Source: Gammaproteobacteria bacterium (lineage in GTDB: Bacteria > Pseudomonadota > Gammaproteobacteria > Ga0077536). From it: a stretch of DNA of 64,000 nucleotides. The notes below the pieces were generated by a model. That model saw only the letters and a list, made by a program, of their open reading frames with translations. It did no database searches and was not told the DNA's origin. The stretch lies in contig CAXXLL010000003.1 of NCBI GenBank assembly GCA_963662545.2, forward strand, positions 2,784,001-2,848,000, written 5' to 3'. Below are positions 8,950 to 21,653 of this stretch, piece after piece (within the stretch, counting starts at the first letter, position 1; every line of letters starts with the position of its first letter). Made by a program: the position numbers and the translations under genes.

Positions 8950-9724
8950 GCGTACTGACAACTTAACTCTCGAAAATGGATAATTCCGGAATGAATATCT
9001 ACAAACGTTACCGGTTCCCACCTGAGATCATCAGCTATGCAGTCTGGCTTTACTGCAGATTCAACCTCAGCCACCGTGATATCGAAGATTTGCTTGCTCA
9101 GCGAGGCATCACCGTCACCTACGAAACCATTCGGCTCTGGTGTATCAAGTTCGGTCCCAGGTTCGCCAGGCGACTGAAGCGAAAGCATCATGGCTACGGC
9201 GATACCTTCTGCATCGATGAAGTCTTCGTGCAGATCAATGGCAAACAGCATTATCTATGGCGGGCAGTCGATCAGGATGGTGAAGGGGTGGACGTGTTTC
9301 TCCAAAGCCGTAGAGATGGCGCGGCTGCAAAGCGTTTCTTCAAGCGCTTACTGAGAAGCCATGGCGGCGAACCCAGGCGGATCGTGACAGACAAATTGCG
9401 GAGTTATTGCGTGGCGCATCGGGAGATTATTCCTGAAGCGATACACGATACAGCGCAATATGCTAATAATCGAGCAGAGCAATCGCACGAACTAACCAGC
9501 GTGAGGGAGCGCGGGATGCGGAGATTCAAGTCACCAAGGCACGCGGGAAGATTCTTGACTGTTCACGCTGCCGTTTACAACTTGTTCAATCTGGGTCGTC
9601 ACTTAGTCAAAGCCGCACATTATCGAAATCTCAGGGAAGATGCGTTTAATAATTGGTCATCGGCAGTGGCGTAAAACTGGAGAGCAAAATTCTGCGGTCC
9701 AGGGACAATAACTTGTCAGTACGC
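8950..9724 (+). mobile_element. IS6-family element
   Basis: TIRs GCGTACTGACAACTT / GCGTACTGACAAGTT flank the transposase. Confidence 0.9.
8976..9674 (+). CDS. IS6-family transposase
   Basis: RFPPEIISYAVWLY, IDEVFV, YLWRAVD, NNRAEQSH. Confidence 0.93.
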   Translation: MDNSGMNIYKRYRFPPEIISYAVWLYCRFNLSHRDIEDLLAQRGITVTYETIRLWCIKFGPRFARRLKRKHHGYGDTFCIDEVFVQINGKQHYLWRAVDQDGEGVDVFLQSRRDGAAAKRFFKRLLRSHGGEPRRIVTDKLRSYCVAHREIIPEAIHDTAQYANNRAEQSHELTSVRERGMRRFKSPRHAGRFLTVHAAVYNLFNLGRHLVKAAHYRNLREDAFNNWSSAVA

Positions 9725-9808
9725 TTGCGGGTGTTCTGCACACCCGCCTTCTTCAGATTGAACCGCTCCGGCTTTACCGGAGGCTCCAAATCTTGAGAGG
9801 ATTGGAGC

Positions 9809-11034
<1,226 letters not shown>

Positions 11035-11328
11035 CTCAAACTAATGAGCCTCCGATATTCCCGGGGCGGTTCAGAGGTGCTCGGAAATATTTCTTTGTAT
11101 GTTATCTCTTTCGTCTTGATCCATCTAAACCGGAGTTTACAATGCGAGGGGGTACCCCCCAAATCAGTATTTGGGACTCCTATATGTACCTTTACATAGC
11201 AACCCGCACGTCCGATGGGGTTCCTTCCGAGTTAGCCCACGCACCGCGCTACGTTGCCTTCGTATGACAATCTAACGGCACGGGGTTTAACTGGCTTAGT
11301 GTGAGGAGTAAGCTGAGCGGGGCCGTTA

Positions 11329-11484
11329 AAGCCTCTGATGAGTGCACCCGAAGTGATCGCTGAAGCGATACTTGAATACGAGCAGGCAGGTATCTCACAT
11401 TTACAAGTGTGCCTGGAACCGACCGAGACCAAAACCATAGAAGCGTTTGCCGCGGTTCTTGAAGCGGTAGATAAAGCAAGTTAG
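11329..11484 (+). pseudogene. C-terminal remnant of an LLM-class flavin-dependent oxidoreductase
   Basis: Manual translation KPLMSAPEVIAEAILEYEQAGISHLQVCLEP...VDKAS*; stop overlaps the next gene's RBS; no N-terminus. Confidence 0.5.
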
Positions 11485-11492
11485 GAGACACC

Positions 11493-12122
11493 ATGGAAAT
11501 CATTCAAGCGACCTCGGCACATGTCGATAAATTTATCGATGACTTACCAGAGCTGATGCATGCGACCGGTCCGGCCGCCTACGACTATCAATTTTTAAGC
11601 CGCAAATATTTGGACCCGATCGTGCGATCCTCCTGGGCCACCGAAGGTAGCTTGTTCGGATTTGACGGCTGTCGACTTGCGATCGAGGGTGACGAACTTC
11701 TCGGCATCGAGGTCGGGTGGCCCGGCCCGGAGTTCGAACTCCGTAAAAAAGCCTTGGCGCCGATATGGGGGACATTGATCGAAGACGGCACCGTACCGCA
11801 GGATGATTTGGCCGAGATGGGTAAGCGTACCTATTTGGCAAGTTATTTGAACGTCGCGATTCCAAAACCGGTGCATTACATTCATGCCTTAGCCGTTAAG
11901 CCCGAACATCGCGGAAAGGGCATCGGTGCAGCGCTAGTGCGCCATGCCATGCAGCTCGGTAAGGACGCGGGGCAACGCGGACTGCATCTGGACGTACTTT
12001 CAGATAATCCCGCGGTCGAATTTTACCGTGCGCTGGGTATGGAGTGTCTTGCGGAAACGCGCGCGCCGATTCCATTCGACCACGGTTGCCCGGTGGAAAT
12101 GCGGATGGCGATTGATTTTTGA
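11493..12122 (+). CDS. GNAT-family N-acetyltransferase
   Basis: LAVKPEHRGKGIGAALV and NPAVEFYRALG; GGAG RBS. Confidence 0.9.
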   Translation: MEIIQATSAHVDKFIDDLPELMHATGPAAYDYQFLSRKYLDPIVRSSWATEGSLFGFDGCRLAIEGDELLGIEVGWPGPEFELRKKALAPIWGTLIEDGTVPQDDLAEMGKRTYLASYLNVAIPKPVHYIHALAVKPEHRGKGIGAALVRHAMQLGKDAGQRGLHLDVLSDNPAVEFYRALGMECLAETRAPIPFDHGCPVEMRMAIDF

Positions 12123-12365
12123 CTGCACGAGCCATTGTCATCGGCAAAGATATTTCTCACGCGTTTCGAACAACAATCATTTCTGCATAGCGTAGCGCTA
12201 CTGCTGGCTTCAAAGGCGCACAAATACGCGCAATGGGGGCGTCAAAATCCCGGTACTTCGGCTGAACAAATAGCCGTATTGTGCGATGCGCGGTATGATG
12301 GGGCCATCATCCTGATGTCGTCGCGCTTAGGCATTGGGCGTTTAGAGTAAACGGGAGAATGCCTC

Positions 12366-14279
12366 ATGAGTTCGGTGCTACCTGATACGGGTGTTGATAG
12401 CCGGCACGGCAGATTTCCACTATCGGCCGACGAGAACATGGACCCCATCACCTTCTCGGTGATCCTGAACCGCTTCAACGCCATCGCCAGGGAGATGACA
12501 CTGACCCTCGAGCGGACGTCGTGGACGTCGATCCTGGCGTTGTCGCGCGATTTCTCCTGTGCCATCTATGATGCCAAGGCGCGCCAAGTGTGCATGATGG
12601 ACGCGCTGCCGGTCCACACCAACTCACTGCACTTGATCCTGAGGTCGATGGTTAATGCGTTCGAAGGCAACGTCTATGATGGCGACGTCATAGTCAGTAA
12701 CGATCCGTATAGCGGCAATACTCACGTTGGTGACTTCGTTACGGCCTGCCCCATATTTTACGAAGGCGAACATCGTTTCTGGGCCGTGACCAAGGGGCAT
12801 CAGCTCGACTGCGGTGCCTACGAGGCTACGAGCGTCGCACCGAGTGCGAAAAACGTTTGGCAAGAAGCGTTGCAATTACCGCCGATCAAATTCTACGAAA
12901 AAGGTGAACCTCGCCAAGACGTGATCAATATGTACCTCGCCAACGTCCGCTACAAGGACTTGCTCTACGGTGATCTCAAAGCGCAATTGGGTTCTATTTG
13001 GACCGGTAAACGGCGTATGATCGAACTCATCGACGAATATGGCCCTGAAGAGCTAAACCACTACGTCGAAGCGATCTTGGATTATGCCGACCGCCGTACT
13101 AGTGAGGAGATCCGCACTATCCCCGATGGCACCTATGTCGGCGAATCGTGGATCGACTCCGACGGGATGGGGAATACCAACCTCACGGTGCACGCGGAAG
13201 TGACGATCAAAGACGACCACGTGCACGTCGATTATGCGGGCAGCTCGCCGCAGGGCGCGGGGGGAGCCAACGGCACGCAGGGCGTTATGGAGGCGTCGTC
13301 CGGCATTCCGATCCTGACTGCAATTGATCCGGAGATACCGCATAACGACGGTTGCCTGCGGCACATCAGTTGTGAGGCGCCGGAAGGTTCGATTGTGAAA
13401 GCCAAATATCCGGCGGCAACCGCGATGGCGACGCTGACACCGGCAACTCAGGAAATGGAAGCGGTATGGAAGGCCCTAGCACAGGCTACCCCCGACCGGA
13501 CGTCAGCAGGTTACGGCAGCTTTCAATGTGCACCCTCGATTTCGGGTATTGATAACCGCGGCGACGAACCGGCCGAGTGGGCTGCAGTGTTCTTCAATGG
13601 CGCGTCTGGCGGGGGTGCTTCGAAAAATGCTGATGGGTGGCCCTTGACGATGCTGTCATCGGCCTTGGGCGGTTTGAAGATTGGGAGCGTTGAGGTTCAT
13701 GAACTCCTCTACCCCTTAATGGTTGACTATTGTCAGATTGAGACCGATTCCATGGGACAAGGCAAGACCATGGGAGGGGCAGGTATTCGTGTTGGCGTGC
13801 AGCCCTATGGAGCGCCCATGCATTGCTACGGGTCGGGCGACGGCGCGGCGAACCCTCCGTTCGGCGTGTTCGGCGGTACCTGCGGGATCGGCGGTGGCAA
13901 CTACCGCGAAACCCTCGACACTGGGCACCGCGATTACTGTTCAGCTAAAGGTTACATGCAGATCGATCCCGGGCAGATCTGGGTGGGTGTATCCTCGGGT
14001 GGCGGCGGGTTCGGCGATCCTCTGGAGCGTCCCGCGGACAAGGTATGTGAGCACGTCCGCGACGAGTTCATCAGCTTCGCGACGGCGCGTGATGTCTACG
14101 GCGTGGTGCTCGATCCCGTGACGTTCCAGTTCGACGAACAGGGCACGGAAAAACTGCGCGCGAAGATCGCACAGGATCGCGGCGAAGTACCGCTGATTCA
14201 ACCGACCGCGCCAGACGCCGCGACCTGGTTGAAGGAAAACATGCGCGAGGGCGACGACTACCTGCTCGATCCGCAATAG
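12366..14279 (+). CDS. Hydantoinase B / oxoprolinase-family subunit
   Basis: DPITFSVI, RDFSCAI, NDPYSGNTH, GGGGFGDPLER. Confidence 0.92.
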   Translation: MSSVLPDTGVDSRHGRFPLSADENMDPITFSVILNRFNAIAREMTLTLERTSWTSILALSRDFSCAIYDAKARQVCMMDALPVHTNSLHLILRSMVNAFEGNVYDGDVIVSNDPYSGNTHVGDFVTACPIFYEGEHRFWAVTKGHQLDCGAYEATSVAPSAKNVWQEALQLPPIKFYEKGEPRQDVINMYLANVRYKDLLYGDLKAQLGSIWTGKRRMIELIDEYGPEELNHYVEAILDYADRRTSEEIRTIPDGTYVGESWIDSDGMGNTNLTVHAEVTIKDDHVHVDYAGSSPQGAGGANGTQGVMEASSGIPILTAIDPEIPHNDGCLRHISCEAPEGSIVKAKYPAATAMATLTPATQEMEAVWKALAQATPDRTSAGYGSFQCAPSISGIDNRGDEPAEWAAVFFNGASGGGASKNADGWPLTMLSSALGGLKIGSVEVHELLYPLMVDYCQIETDSMGQGKTMGGAGIRVGVQPYGAPMHCYGSGDGAANPPFGVFGGTCGIGGGNYRETLDTGHRDYCSAKGYMQIDPGQIWVGVSSGGGGFGDPLERPADKVCEHVRDEFISFATARDVYGVVLDPVTFQFDEQGTEKLRAKIAQDRGEVPLIQPTAPDAATWLKENMREGDDYLLDPQ

Positions 14280-14444
14280 TCTTGTTGACGCCGTCGCCTG
14301 CCCGGGATGGGCTTAATTGCGTCCTGTGGATCCTGAGAACGGGTGCGCGCTGTAACGTGTCTGCTCCAGAGTAACAATTCTTCCTAATTTGGCGACATAT
14401 GAGTTTTTACTCTGACCCCGATTTTTCAAATGGATCGAACAACT

Positions 14445-16397
14445 CTAGATCTCGCATCCCACCTTTAATCCTTCGAGCACAGCCTCTTCGGCCGTGCGCG
14501 GTGACAGCGCATCGCCGATGACATGCACTTCCGTGCCAGAGTCTTCGAGACTGTTGAAGAGATCCATTTCGCTGTCGTGGCCATACGCGAGCACTAAAGT
14601 ATCGCATTCGAAATCCATCATATGCCCGCCACTCGCATGAACGAAATAGGCAGCGCTTTCGTCCGCACCGGCGAGACGGGCGTAATGGGTAAACTGGACA
14701 CCGAGTCGATCGATCTCGGCGATCATCGGATCGCGGGTATAGAATTGAAGGTTTACCCCAGCGCAATTCGCGACCGTCGCCAAGCGAACCTGATGTCCGG
14801 CTTTTATCAGTTTCATGGCTAAACCGAGGCCCACCCAGTCGCCGCGCCAATCGGCAATAACGATCCGAGACCCGCATTCGACTTCATCGTTAATGACTTG
14901 CCACGCGGTAACGACATGTGCGCTGTCGCTGATCTCGATGTCGGGGATATGCGGCGTGGCGCCAGAAGCGATGACTACGACATCAGCGTCGCTCGCACGA
15001 AGGGCTTCACCGGTTATTTTCGAACCGAGTTTTATGTCGACTCCCGCGGTACGTGCTTCGCGCTCGAGGTTAGTAACAATACCGCCAAACTCCCTGCGCT
15101 CGGGTAATAGTTGCGCGAGCAGTACTTGACCACCAAGGCGTTTGCTCTTTTCGTACAAAGTAACTTGGTGTCCGCGTTCCGCTGCAACAGCCGCCGCTTT
15201 TAGTCCTGCCGGGCCACCACCAACCACTAATACTTCACGTGACCTGTCGGCTGTAATGCGGTTACCATACTCCAGCTCGCGCCCAGATTCTGGAAACTGA
15301 ATACATGATATCGGTGCGCCCAAGGCGTAGTGCCCGATGCAGGCCTGGTTGCATGCGATACATACGCGAATATCATCCGCCCGTTGGCTCAATGCTTTGC
15401 GCGCCATCTCAGGATCGCAAATTTGCGCGCGAGTCATACCAACCATATCAACCTGTCCGGCCGCCAGCGCACGCTCGGCATCTTGCGGTTGATTAAAGCG
15501 TCCGGTTGCAAGAATTGTACGGCTGGTCGAACGTTTTACCTCTGCGGCGTAAGGAGCGACATAGGCCGGATCAATCGACATCGGCGGCACGATATGTACT
15601 GCGCCCTCGGTAGTCGACGACGAGCCCAAAGTAATATTGAAATAATCGAAACGGTCGGCTGTATCGAGCGCGGCGAGAACCTCAGAGACTTCATTCTGCG
15701 GGAACCCGCCAGCTTCGAGATCGTCGGCCGAGATACGCAACCCGACAATGGCGTCTTCGCCAACTTTGCCACGAATGCGGTCATGGATTTCGTTTAAAAA
15801 GCGTAACCGATTCTCAAAACTACCGCCGTAGTCGTCGGTGCGATGATTCAATCTTGGGTTACAGAACTGGATCGGCAGATAGCCATGACTTGCGAGTACT
15901 TCGACGCCGTCAAGTCCGGCGGAGATCATTCGCGCCGCAGTATCGGCGAAGCCTTGGATAACGTCTCGAATCATCGCGATCGGCATCGGCCTTGCGGTCA
16001 CTAGATAACGTTCCTGATGATGCGTGGACGGCGCCCACGCCGCCGGGCGACTGCCATCATCTAAGATCGCCGCAACTTCGGCACCGGGATGGAACAGTTG
16101 TCCGATCACCCCGCAGTCATGTGAGTGAAGCGCTTTGGCGAGTTGGCGAAAACCTGCGATCGACTCGTCTAGAAAAGCTGATGGTACGAACTCGTTAAAG
16201 TAGGCCGATTCGTGAGCAGATGCGGCCTCAGTAATGATCAAGCCGGCCCCACCGCGAGCGCGTGCTTCGTGGTAAGCGACGAACCGGTCGGTGATCAAAC
16301 CACCACGAGCAAGTAGGGTCTGATGGCCCGAGGAGAATATCCGGTTACGGAACGTCCGGCTGCGGATCGTGAGTGGCGAGGCGAGATTTTCGAACAT
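14445..16397 (-). CDS. NADH:flavin oxidoreductase (old yellow enzyme barrel, Fe-S motif, FAD domain)
   Basis: RARGGAGLII, HGYL, RTDDYGGSFENRLRF, CIACNQAC, GGGPAG; start uncertain. Confidence 0.9.
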   Translation of the reverse strand: MFENLASPLTIRSRTFRNRIFSSGHQTLLARGGLITDRFVAYHEARARGGAGLIITEAASAHESAYFNEFVPSAFLDESIAGFRQLAKALHSHDCGVIGQLFHPGAEVAAILDDGSRPAAWAPSTHHQERYLVTARPMPIAMIRDVIQGFADTAARMISAGLDGVEVLASHGYLPIQFCNPRLNHRTDDYGGSFENRLRFLNEIHDRIRGKVGEDAIVGLRISADDLEAGGFPQNEVSEVLAALDTADRFDYFNITLGSSSTTEGAVHIVPPMSIDPAYVAPYAAEVKRSTSRTILATGRFNQPQDAERALAAGQVDMVGMTRAQICDPEMARKALSQRADDIRVCIACNQACIGHYALGAPISCIQFPESGRELEYGNRITADRSREVLVVGGGPAGLKAAAVAAERGHQVTLYEKSKRLGGQVLLAQLLPERREFGGIVTNLEREARTAGVDIKLGSKITGEALRASDADVVVIASGATPHIPDIEISDSAHVVTAWQVINDEVECGSRIVIADWRGDWVGLGLAMKLIKAGHQVRLATVANCAGVNLQFYTRDPMIAEIDRLGVQFTHYARLAGADESAAYFVHASGGHMMDFECDTLVLAYGHDSEMDLFNSLEDSGTEVHVIGDALSPRTAEEAVLEGLKVGCEI

Positions 16398-16596
16398 CTG
16401 GTTGGCCTTTTTTGAAGTGCAAGAGTAGATCACGCGAGCCAGTATCGATGGTCAACTTATCATTATCATGGGACAGTGTCGCGGATCAGGCGCTGGATAT
16501 CCGGATGTTAAAGGACGTCAACTGTTGAGTTGCATCGAAAAGTGATCCGGGATTTGCATTGAAAATTGATCCACCCGGAAGAGCCAGTATGGCTCA

Positions 16597-17370
16597 TTAT
16601 TTTGATGATTTTCTAGTCTTCTTTTCCTTTTTGTTTTGCATCGAACTGTTCTTGAAGCGGAAGCTATCATTTCCGGTCTCAGCGATGTGGCAATGATGCG
16701 TGAACCGGTCCAACAGCGCTGTTGTCATTTTTGGATCAACGAACACGCTGGACCACTCCGAGAAACTCAGATTAGTGGTAATGATGACGCTGGTGCGTTC
16801 ATAGAGCTTGCTGAGTAAATGGAAGAGCAACGCACCGCCGGCTTGCGAGAATGGCAGATATCCGAGTTCGTCAAGAATGACGAGGTCCGTATGAACTAAA
16901 CGCTTGGCCATTTTCCCAGGTTTTCTCTCTGCCTTTTCTTGTTCAAGCAGATTGACGAGTTCAATGGTAGAGAAGCAGCGAACCCGTAAATGATGATGCC
17001 TGATGGCATGGACGCCGATCGCGGTTGCCAAATGGGTTTTGCCGGTACCGGGTCCACCGATGAGGACGAGGTTATGTGCATCGTCGATGAAGTCGCCGGC
17101 ATGGAGCGTGCTGATCAAAGCCTGGTCAACGGTACTCTCGGTGAAGTCGAAACCGGCTAAATCGCGGTAAGCAGGGAAGCGAGCAACCTTCATTTGATAG
17201 TTGATCGACCGCACTTCGCGCTCGGCGACTTCGGCTTTAAGCAGTGACGCTAGAAGGGGCTCGGCTTGGCGGTAGGCCGGCGCCTGTTGTAGGGCGAGTT
17301 CACCGATAGCGTCAGCCATGCCGTGGAGTTTCAGCGACTTCAAGGTCGTTACCAGTGCGTCAGTCTGCAT
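16597..17370 (-). CDS. istB: IS21 IstB
   Basis: GGPGTGKTH; close paralog of 6153-6926. Confidence 0.95.
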   Translation of the reverse strand: MQTDALVTTLKSLKLHGMADAIGELALQQAPAYRQAEPLLASLLKAEVAEREVRSINYQMKVARFPAYRDLAGFDFTESTVDQALISTLHAGDFIDDAHNLVLIGGPGTGKTHLATAIGVHAIRHHHLRVRCFSTIELVNLLEQEKAERKPGKMAKRLVHTDLVILDELGYLPFSQAGGALLFHLLSKLYERTSVIITTNLSFSEWSSVFVDPKMTTALLDRFTHHCHIAETGNDSFRFKNSSMQNKKEKKTRKSSK

Positions 17371-18883
17371 GGGTAACCTCCCGTAAATGATCGTAGCGAT
17401 CAACATTGGCTTGGGGCTCTTCAATCAAGCTCAGTCCGGCCGGTGCGTCGATGCGCGCTGGTGCGGTTGTTTCGAGCAACCGATTGAGGATATTGATAAC
17501 GTGTTGCTTCGAAGGCGCGCCAGTTTCAAGCGCGAGTTCGACGGCACACAGCACCGTCTGCTCGTCGTGGTGCAAGACCAACGCCAAAACCTCGACCATC
17601 TCGCGATCGCCACCAGGGCGCTTGAGTCGTGTTGATTGGAGACGTTTGAACCCGTCAGGGAGCTCGGCAAAGGGAGCCCCATTACGCAACGCGCCCGGCT
17701 TGCGTTGCACCACGGCCAAATAATGACGCCCGTCGTATAAGACTTGCGCGGTGCGGTCATGACCCTGCGAGAACAGCCTGGGATGTTCGACGACTTTGCT
17801 ACCTTCAGCGACAATCACGAGTCGATTCGCATAAACGCGTAGACTCACGGCGTGGTTCGCGAATGCAGCCGGCACACGGTAACGATTGCGCTCGAACGCG
17901 ATCAAACAGGTTGGCGACACCCGTTTAGTGTGCTCGATGAATCCATCGAACGGCGGCGGCATCCGCATCAGTGCTGTTTGCTCATCTACCCAGACCTCGG
18001 CGATGGTCCGCATCGGTTGCTCGGGGTGACGAACCTCATGCCACAGCATCTGACAACGAGCGGCCAACCAGGTATTAAGTTCGTCCAGGTCAACAAACTT
18101 CGGTGCATCGTGCCAGAACCGTGACCGCGAGTCCCTCACGTTCTTCTCGATCTGGCCCTTCTCCCAGCCGGCGGCGGGGCTGCAAAATGTCGCCTCGAGT
18201 AAGAAGTGGCTGGCCATCGCCTGGAAACGCGCGTTGACCTCGCGGATCTTACCCCGACCAACCCGGTTCACGGCCGTCTTCATGTTGTCGTAAATACCCC
18301 GCTGAGGCACACCGCCCAGCACGGCCAACGCGTGGTTGTGCGCATCGAATAACATCTCGTGCGTTTGCAGCGGGTAAGCACGTAGGACGAATGCGCGGCT
18401 GTAGGAGAGTTTGAAATGCGCGATCATGAGCTTGCGGCGCTCGCCGCCGATCACTGCCCAGTCTTCGGACCAATCAAACTGAAAAGCCTCTCCCGGCTCG
18501 AACACCAACGGGACAAACGTCCCACGGGCCGCCTTTACCCCCTCTTGGCGCCGCGTCCGCCACGCGCGCGCGAATGCTGCGACCCGGTCGTAGGAACCGC
18601 GATATCCCAGATGAACCAAGTCGCCGTAGAGTTGGCGTAAATTACGCCGTTGTTTGCGGCTACGACCCGATTCTCGCGTCAGCCACGACGCCAGCGTTTC
18701 CGCATCGTCATCTATTTTGCTGGGGGTCGTGCGCTTGGGATACGCAGGCTCCACCTCGCCGCTCGCCAAATACTTAGCAATCGTGTTCCTGGATAACTTC
18801 GTTCGACGGGATATCTCTCGGATCGACTGGCCTTCCCGAAAATGCCAGCGTCTAATAACACTCAATAAATCCACGTCCATCAC
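17360..18883 (-). CDS. istA: IS21 IstA
   Basis: N-terminal [22 protein letters not shown]. Confidence 0.95.
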   Translation of the reverse strand: MMDVDLLSVIRRWHFREGQSIREISRRTKLSRNTIAKYLASGEVEPAYPKRTTPSKIDDDAETLASWLTRESGRSRKQRRNLRQLYGDLVHLGYRGSYDRVAAFARAWRTRRQEGVKAARGTFVPLVFEPGEAFQFDWSEDWAVIGGERRKLMIAHFKLSYSRAFVLRAYPLQTHEMLFDAHNHALAVLGGVPQRGIYDNMKTAVNRVGRGKIREVNARFQAMASHFLLEATFCSPAAGWEKGQIEKNVRDSRSRFWHDAPKFVDLDELNTWLAARCQMLWHEVRHPEQPMRTIAEVWVDEQTALMRMPPPFDGFIEHTKRVSPTCLIAFERNRYRVPAAFANHAVSLRVYANRLVIVAEGSKVVEHPRLFSQGHDRTAQVLYDGRHYLAVVQRKPGALRNGAPFAELPDGFKRLQSTRLKRPGGDREMVEVLALVLHHDEQTVLCAVELALETGAPSKQHVINILNRLLETTAPARIDAPAGLSLIEEPQANVDRYDHLREVTHAD

Positions 18884-18989
18884 TCCTTCTGTCTCCTGCT
18901 CGGTTCCGAGCAGGCAAGGGTCTATGAGTGGATCAAATTTGGATGCAAATACCTACCTTAAGTGGATCACTTTTAAGTGCAAATCAACA

Positions 18990-19821
18990 GAAGGATGACA
19001 AAATGCACGGGCAAGGCACCTTTACCTTTGCCGATGGGCGCGTTCAAGAAGGTATCTTTGAGAACGATGAGTTTCTCTATGCACAAAAGGTTAGTCCAAA
19101 GAAATCCCCTCCCGTCATAGAAGATGACGGTAAGGCCATTGCTGCAGCGTCAGGTACAGGATTTGCGGTCACCCGCTCGGGACACATCGTCACCAACCAT
19201 CACGTTATCAATGGCTGCAATGAGGTCAAGGTCCACTACGAAGGGAAAATCATCCCGGCAACGGTCCTGTCAACAGATCCGCTAAACGATTTGGCGGTTC
19301 TAAAAGCTGACTTTAAGCCCACCACGGTTCTCCCGCTCAGCAAGAAAAATCCCGAATTGATGGAAGATGTGTTCGTTGCAGGGTTCCCCTTTGGAAAAAA
19401 CATCAGCTCCTCGGTGAAGATCACCAAAGGGATCATCAGCTCACTCACAGGGCTGGGCGATAACTACTCCAATATTCAGATAGACGCAGCACTCCAACCC
19501 GGCAACAGTGGCGGGCCTATTTTTAACGAGAAAGGCAATGTCGTGGCCGTTGCAGTTGCGAAGTTAGATTTGAAAAAAGTGATAGAGCACTTCGGCGTTA
19601 TCCCAGAGAACACGAACTTCGGTATCAAGGCGAACATCGTCTCCAATCTTCTAGCGAGCAATAACATCACCACGGGTGCACCCAACACCAAGGCTGTATC
19701 TAAATCTAAGTTAGGCAAGGCCGTCTCGAACGCAACGTATTACTTATCTTGTTGGATGACGATGGCACAGATACAGAAGATGCAATCGCAGAAAGTGATC
19801 TTTAGCGATCTGACTCAGTAA
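18990..19821 (+). pseudogene. MORN-repeat trypsin-like serine protease, 5'-truncated by IS21 #2
   Basis: KDDKMHGQGTFTFADG MORN remnant; SGTGF, TNHHV, DLAVL, GNSGGP triad motifs. Confidence 0.82.
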
Positions 19822-19845
19822 CGGATATGAAACACCTCGCGATCT

Positions 19846-20958
19846 GTGCGTAAAGTACGCCGCGTGATGCTGGATCCACCGATTCGAGTTGTCTATGCTC
19901 AAACAATGGGGGGACCGAACATAATTCGAAAAACCTTTCGTGTGCTTGTTTCGCTGATCGCCGTAACAGCATTTAGCAGCACCCCTGCTGAGACCATCCG
20001 TAGCATTCGTACACAAATCGGTGAGGCGTGGCACATACAGGATATGGCCAATTCAGCGTCAGGCTACGTAACCTTGAAAAGTTACAAATTATTTTCGAAG
20101 CCGATAAAAATCCGTTCTGATTTGACGCGAGTAATTCGAGACACTTTTGACAACATATCGAGAGCCGCTGAACTAGACGCCAGACTGTTGTTGATTCGTG
20201 GCAGTGAGCCAAACGCCTTTGCAGGTCCGATTAACGGAGTCAAAACTGTTGGGGTGAACTTCGCGATGGTGACGTTGGTTGGGTACAACTCCGACCAATG
20301 GGCAGCCCTGCTTGGGCACGAACTCGCACACCTCAAGCTTGAGCATGTTACGAAAAACCTCATGCGCAGAATCCCGATAGCGATATTGCAAGAAATCGTG
20401 CGCAGCAATACGGCAGATCCCACTACTCAACTTGGAGTGGATTTGCTTGCGCAGTTAGTCAATACCCATTTCTCTAGGGACCAAGAACGAGAGTCAGACT
20501 ACCTGGGTGCGATCTGGGCGATAGAAGCTGGCTACTCTGCATTTGGTGCTGCTGAGCTTCATCAGCGAATGTACGAAAAGCGTGGTGGTTCCCTCGTCCT
20601 TCCATTCCTCACATCGCATCCAACTGGCCCGGAAAGGATTGAAACGTTAAAAGCGCTCGCGGTACGTCTGACGCCTAGTGATGTTTTGCCCTATATCGAG
20701 CATCAGCCGAGCGCTTCAGACCTATCGAGAGCGGAACTAGTAAAGCTCGGTATGTATCCAGAAACTGCAACAGCATTGTTGGGAGATCCATACCATGTTG
20801 AAACGTTCGCTGGAGGCGAGTTCTGGTACTACTGTGAAGGTGGTGTATATGCGGACAAGATGTTGTCGCTACATTTCGTCGCGGGTCAGCTAGTCGATAA
20901 GCGGATTCACTCAGATGCGGGATCCGACTATTCCCAGAAAATAAATTGCGCTCAATAA
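19846..20958 (+). CDS. M48-family zinc metalloprotease with possible BamE/SmpA-like C-terminus
   Basis: PNAFA, GHELAH, FSRDQERESD, SHP; start uncertain. Confidence 0.85.
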   Translation: MRKVRRVMLDPPIRVVYAQTMGGPNIIRKTFRVLVSLIAVTAFSSTPAETIRSIRTQIGEAWHIQDMANSASGYVTLKSYKLFSKPIKIRSDLTRVIRDTFDNISRAAELDARLLLIRGSEPNAFAGPINGVKTVGVNFAMVTLVGYNSDQWAALLGHELAHLKLEHVTKNLMRRIPIAILQEIVRSNTADPTTQLGVDLLAQLVNTHFSRDQERESDYLGAIWAIEAGYSAFGAAELHQRMYEKRGGSLVLPFLTSHPTGPERIETLKALAVRLTPSDVLPYIEHQPSASDLSRAELVKLGMYPETATALLGDPYHVETFAGGEFWYYCEGGVYADKMLSLHFVAGQLVDKRIHSDAGSDYSQKINCAQ

Positions 20959-21010
20959 ATCCAAACGAATCGCGGATAGCAGGACAGCCTATCCAGCACC
21001 TCCCTACTCT

Positions 21011-21054
21011 AACTCGCCCGAGAGTGTGTTGCGAAGAACTACAAAGGGTGCTGA
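21011..21054 (+). repeat. 44-bp copy of the Sel1 gene 3' end
   Basis: 43/44 identical to 24210-24253; encodes LARECVAKNYKGC*. Confidence 0.9.
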
Positions 21055-21653
21055 TACTGACCGACTTTTGCTTGAACTTCCCCGATTTACCGTCCTGTGA
21101 TAAAACTTAGAATATGAACCGCTTAACGCTAATCCTTGTCCTAACGATGACCGTGCTTCTTGGAAGTTCGGGAGTGTGTTGGAGTGCAGATTTCCAGAAA
21201 GGGGTTGATGCTCACGAGAGAGGAGATTACGCAACTGCTCTCAAGGAGTTTACGCCTCTTGCTGAACAAGGGTATGCATCTGACCAGTACAATCTGGGTT
21301 TGATGTACCGCAAGGGACAAGGAGTTCCACAGGACGATAAGACTGCAGTGAAGTGGTACACCCTTGCTGCTGAACAAGGGCATGCATCTGCCCAGTACAA
21401 TCTGGGTTTTATGTACGTCGAGGGAGAAGGCGTCATACAGGACTATAAGACTGCAGTGAAGTGGTACACCCTTGCTGCTGAACAAGGGTATGCATCTGCC
21501 CAGTACAATCTGGGTTTTATGTACCGCAAGGGACAAGGAGTTCCACAGGACTGTAAATCGGCGTGCAAAAATGACCCACTTACGGGGGTGATCGGCGTGC
21601 AAAATTGACCCACCTTCAACCATGCTGTCTGACCTATTTTAGTCAGGGAGCAT

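Larger units (their letters stand above)
16523..18989 (-). mobile_element. IS21-family element #2 (full length)
   Basis: Ends TGTTGAGTTGCA... and ...TGCAAATCAACA with subterminal repeats; istA-istB; no flanking duplication. Confidence 0.94.

Noticed and set aside
18928-18989. N-terminal extension of the protease ORF
   Set aside because: Derived from IS21 terminal repeats, not the native gene.
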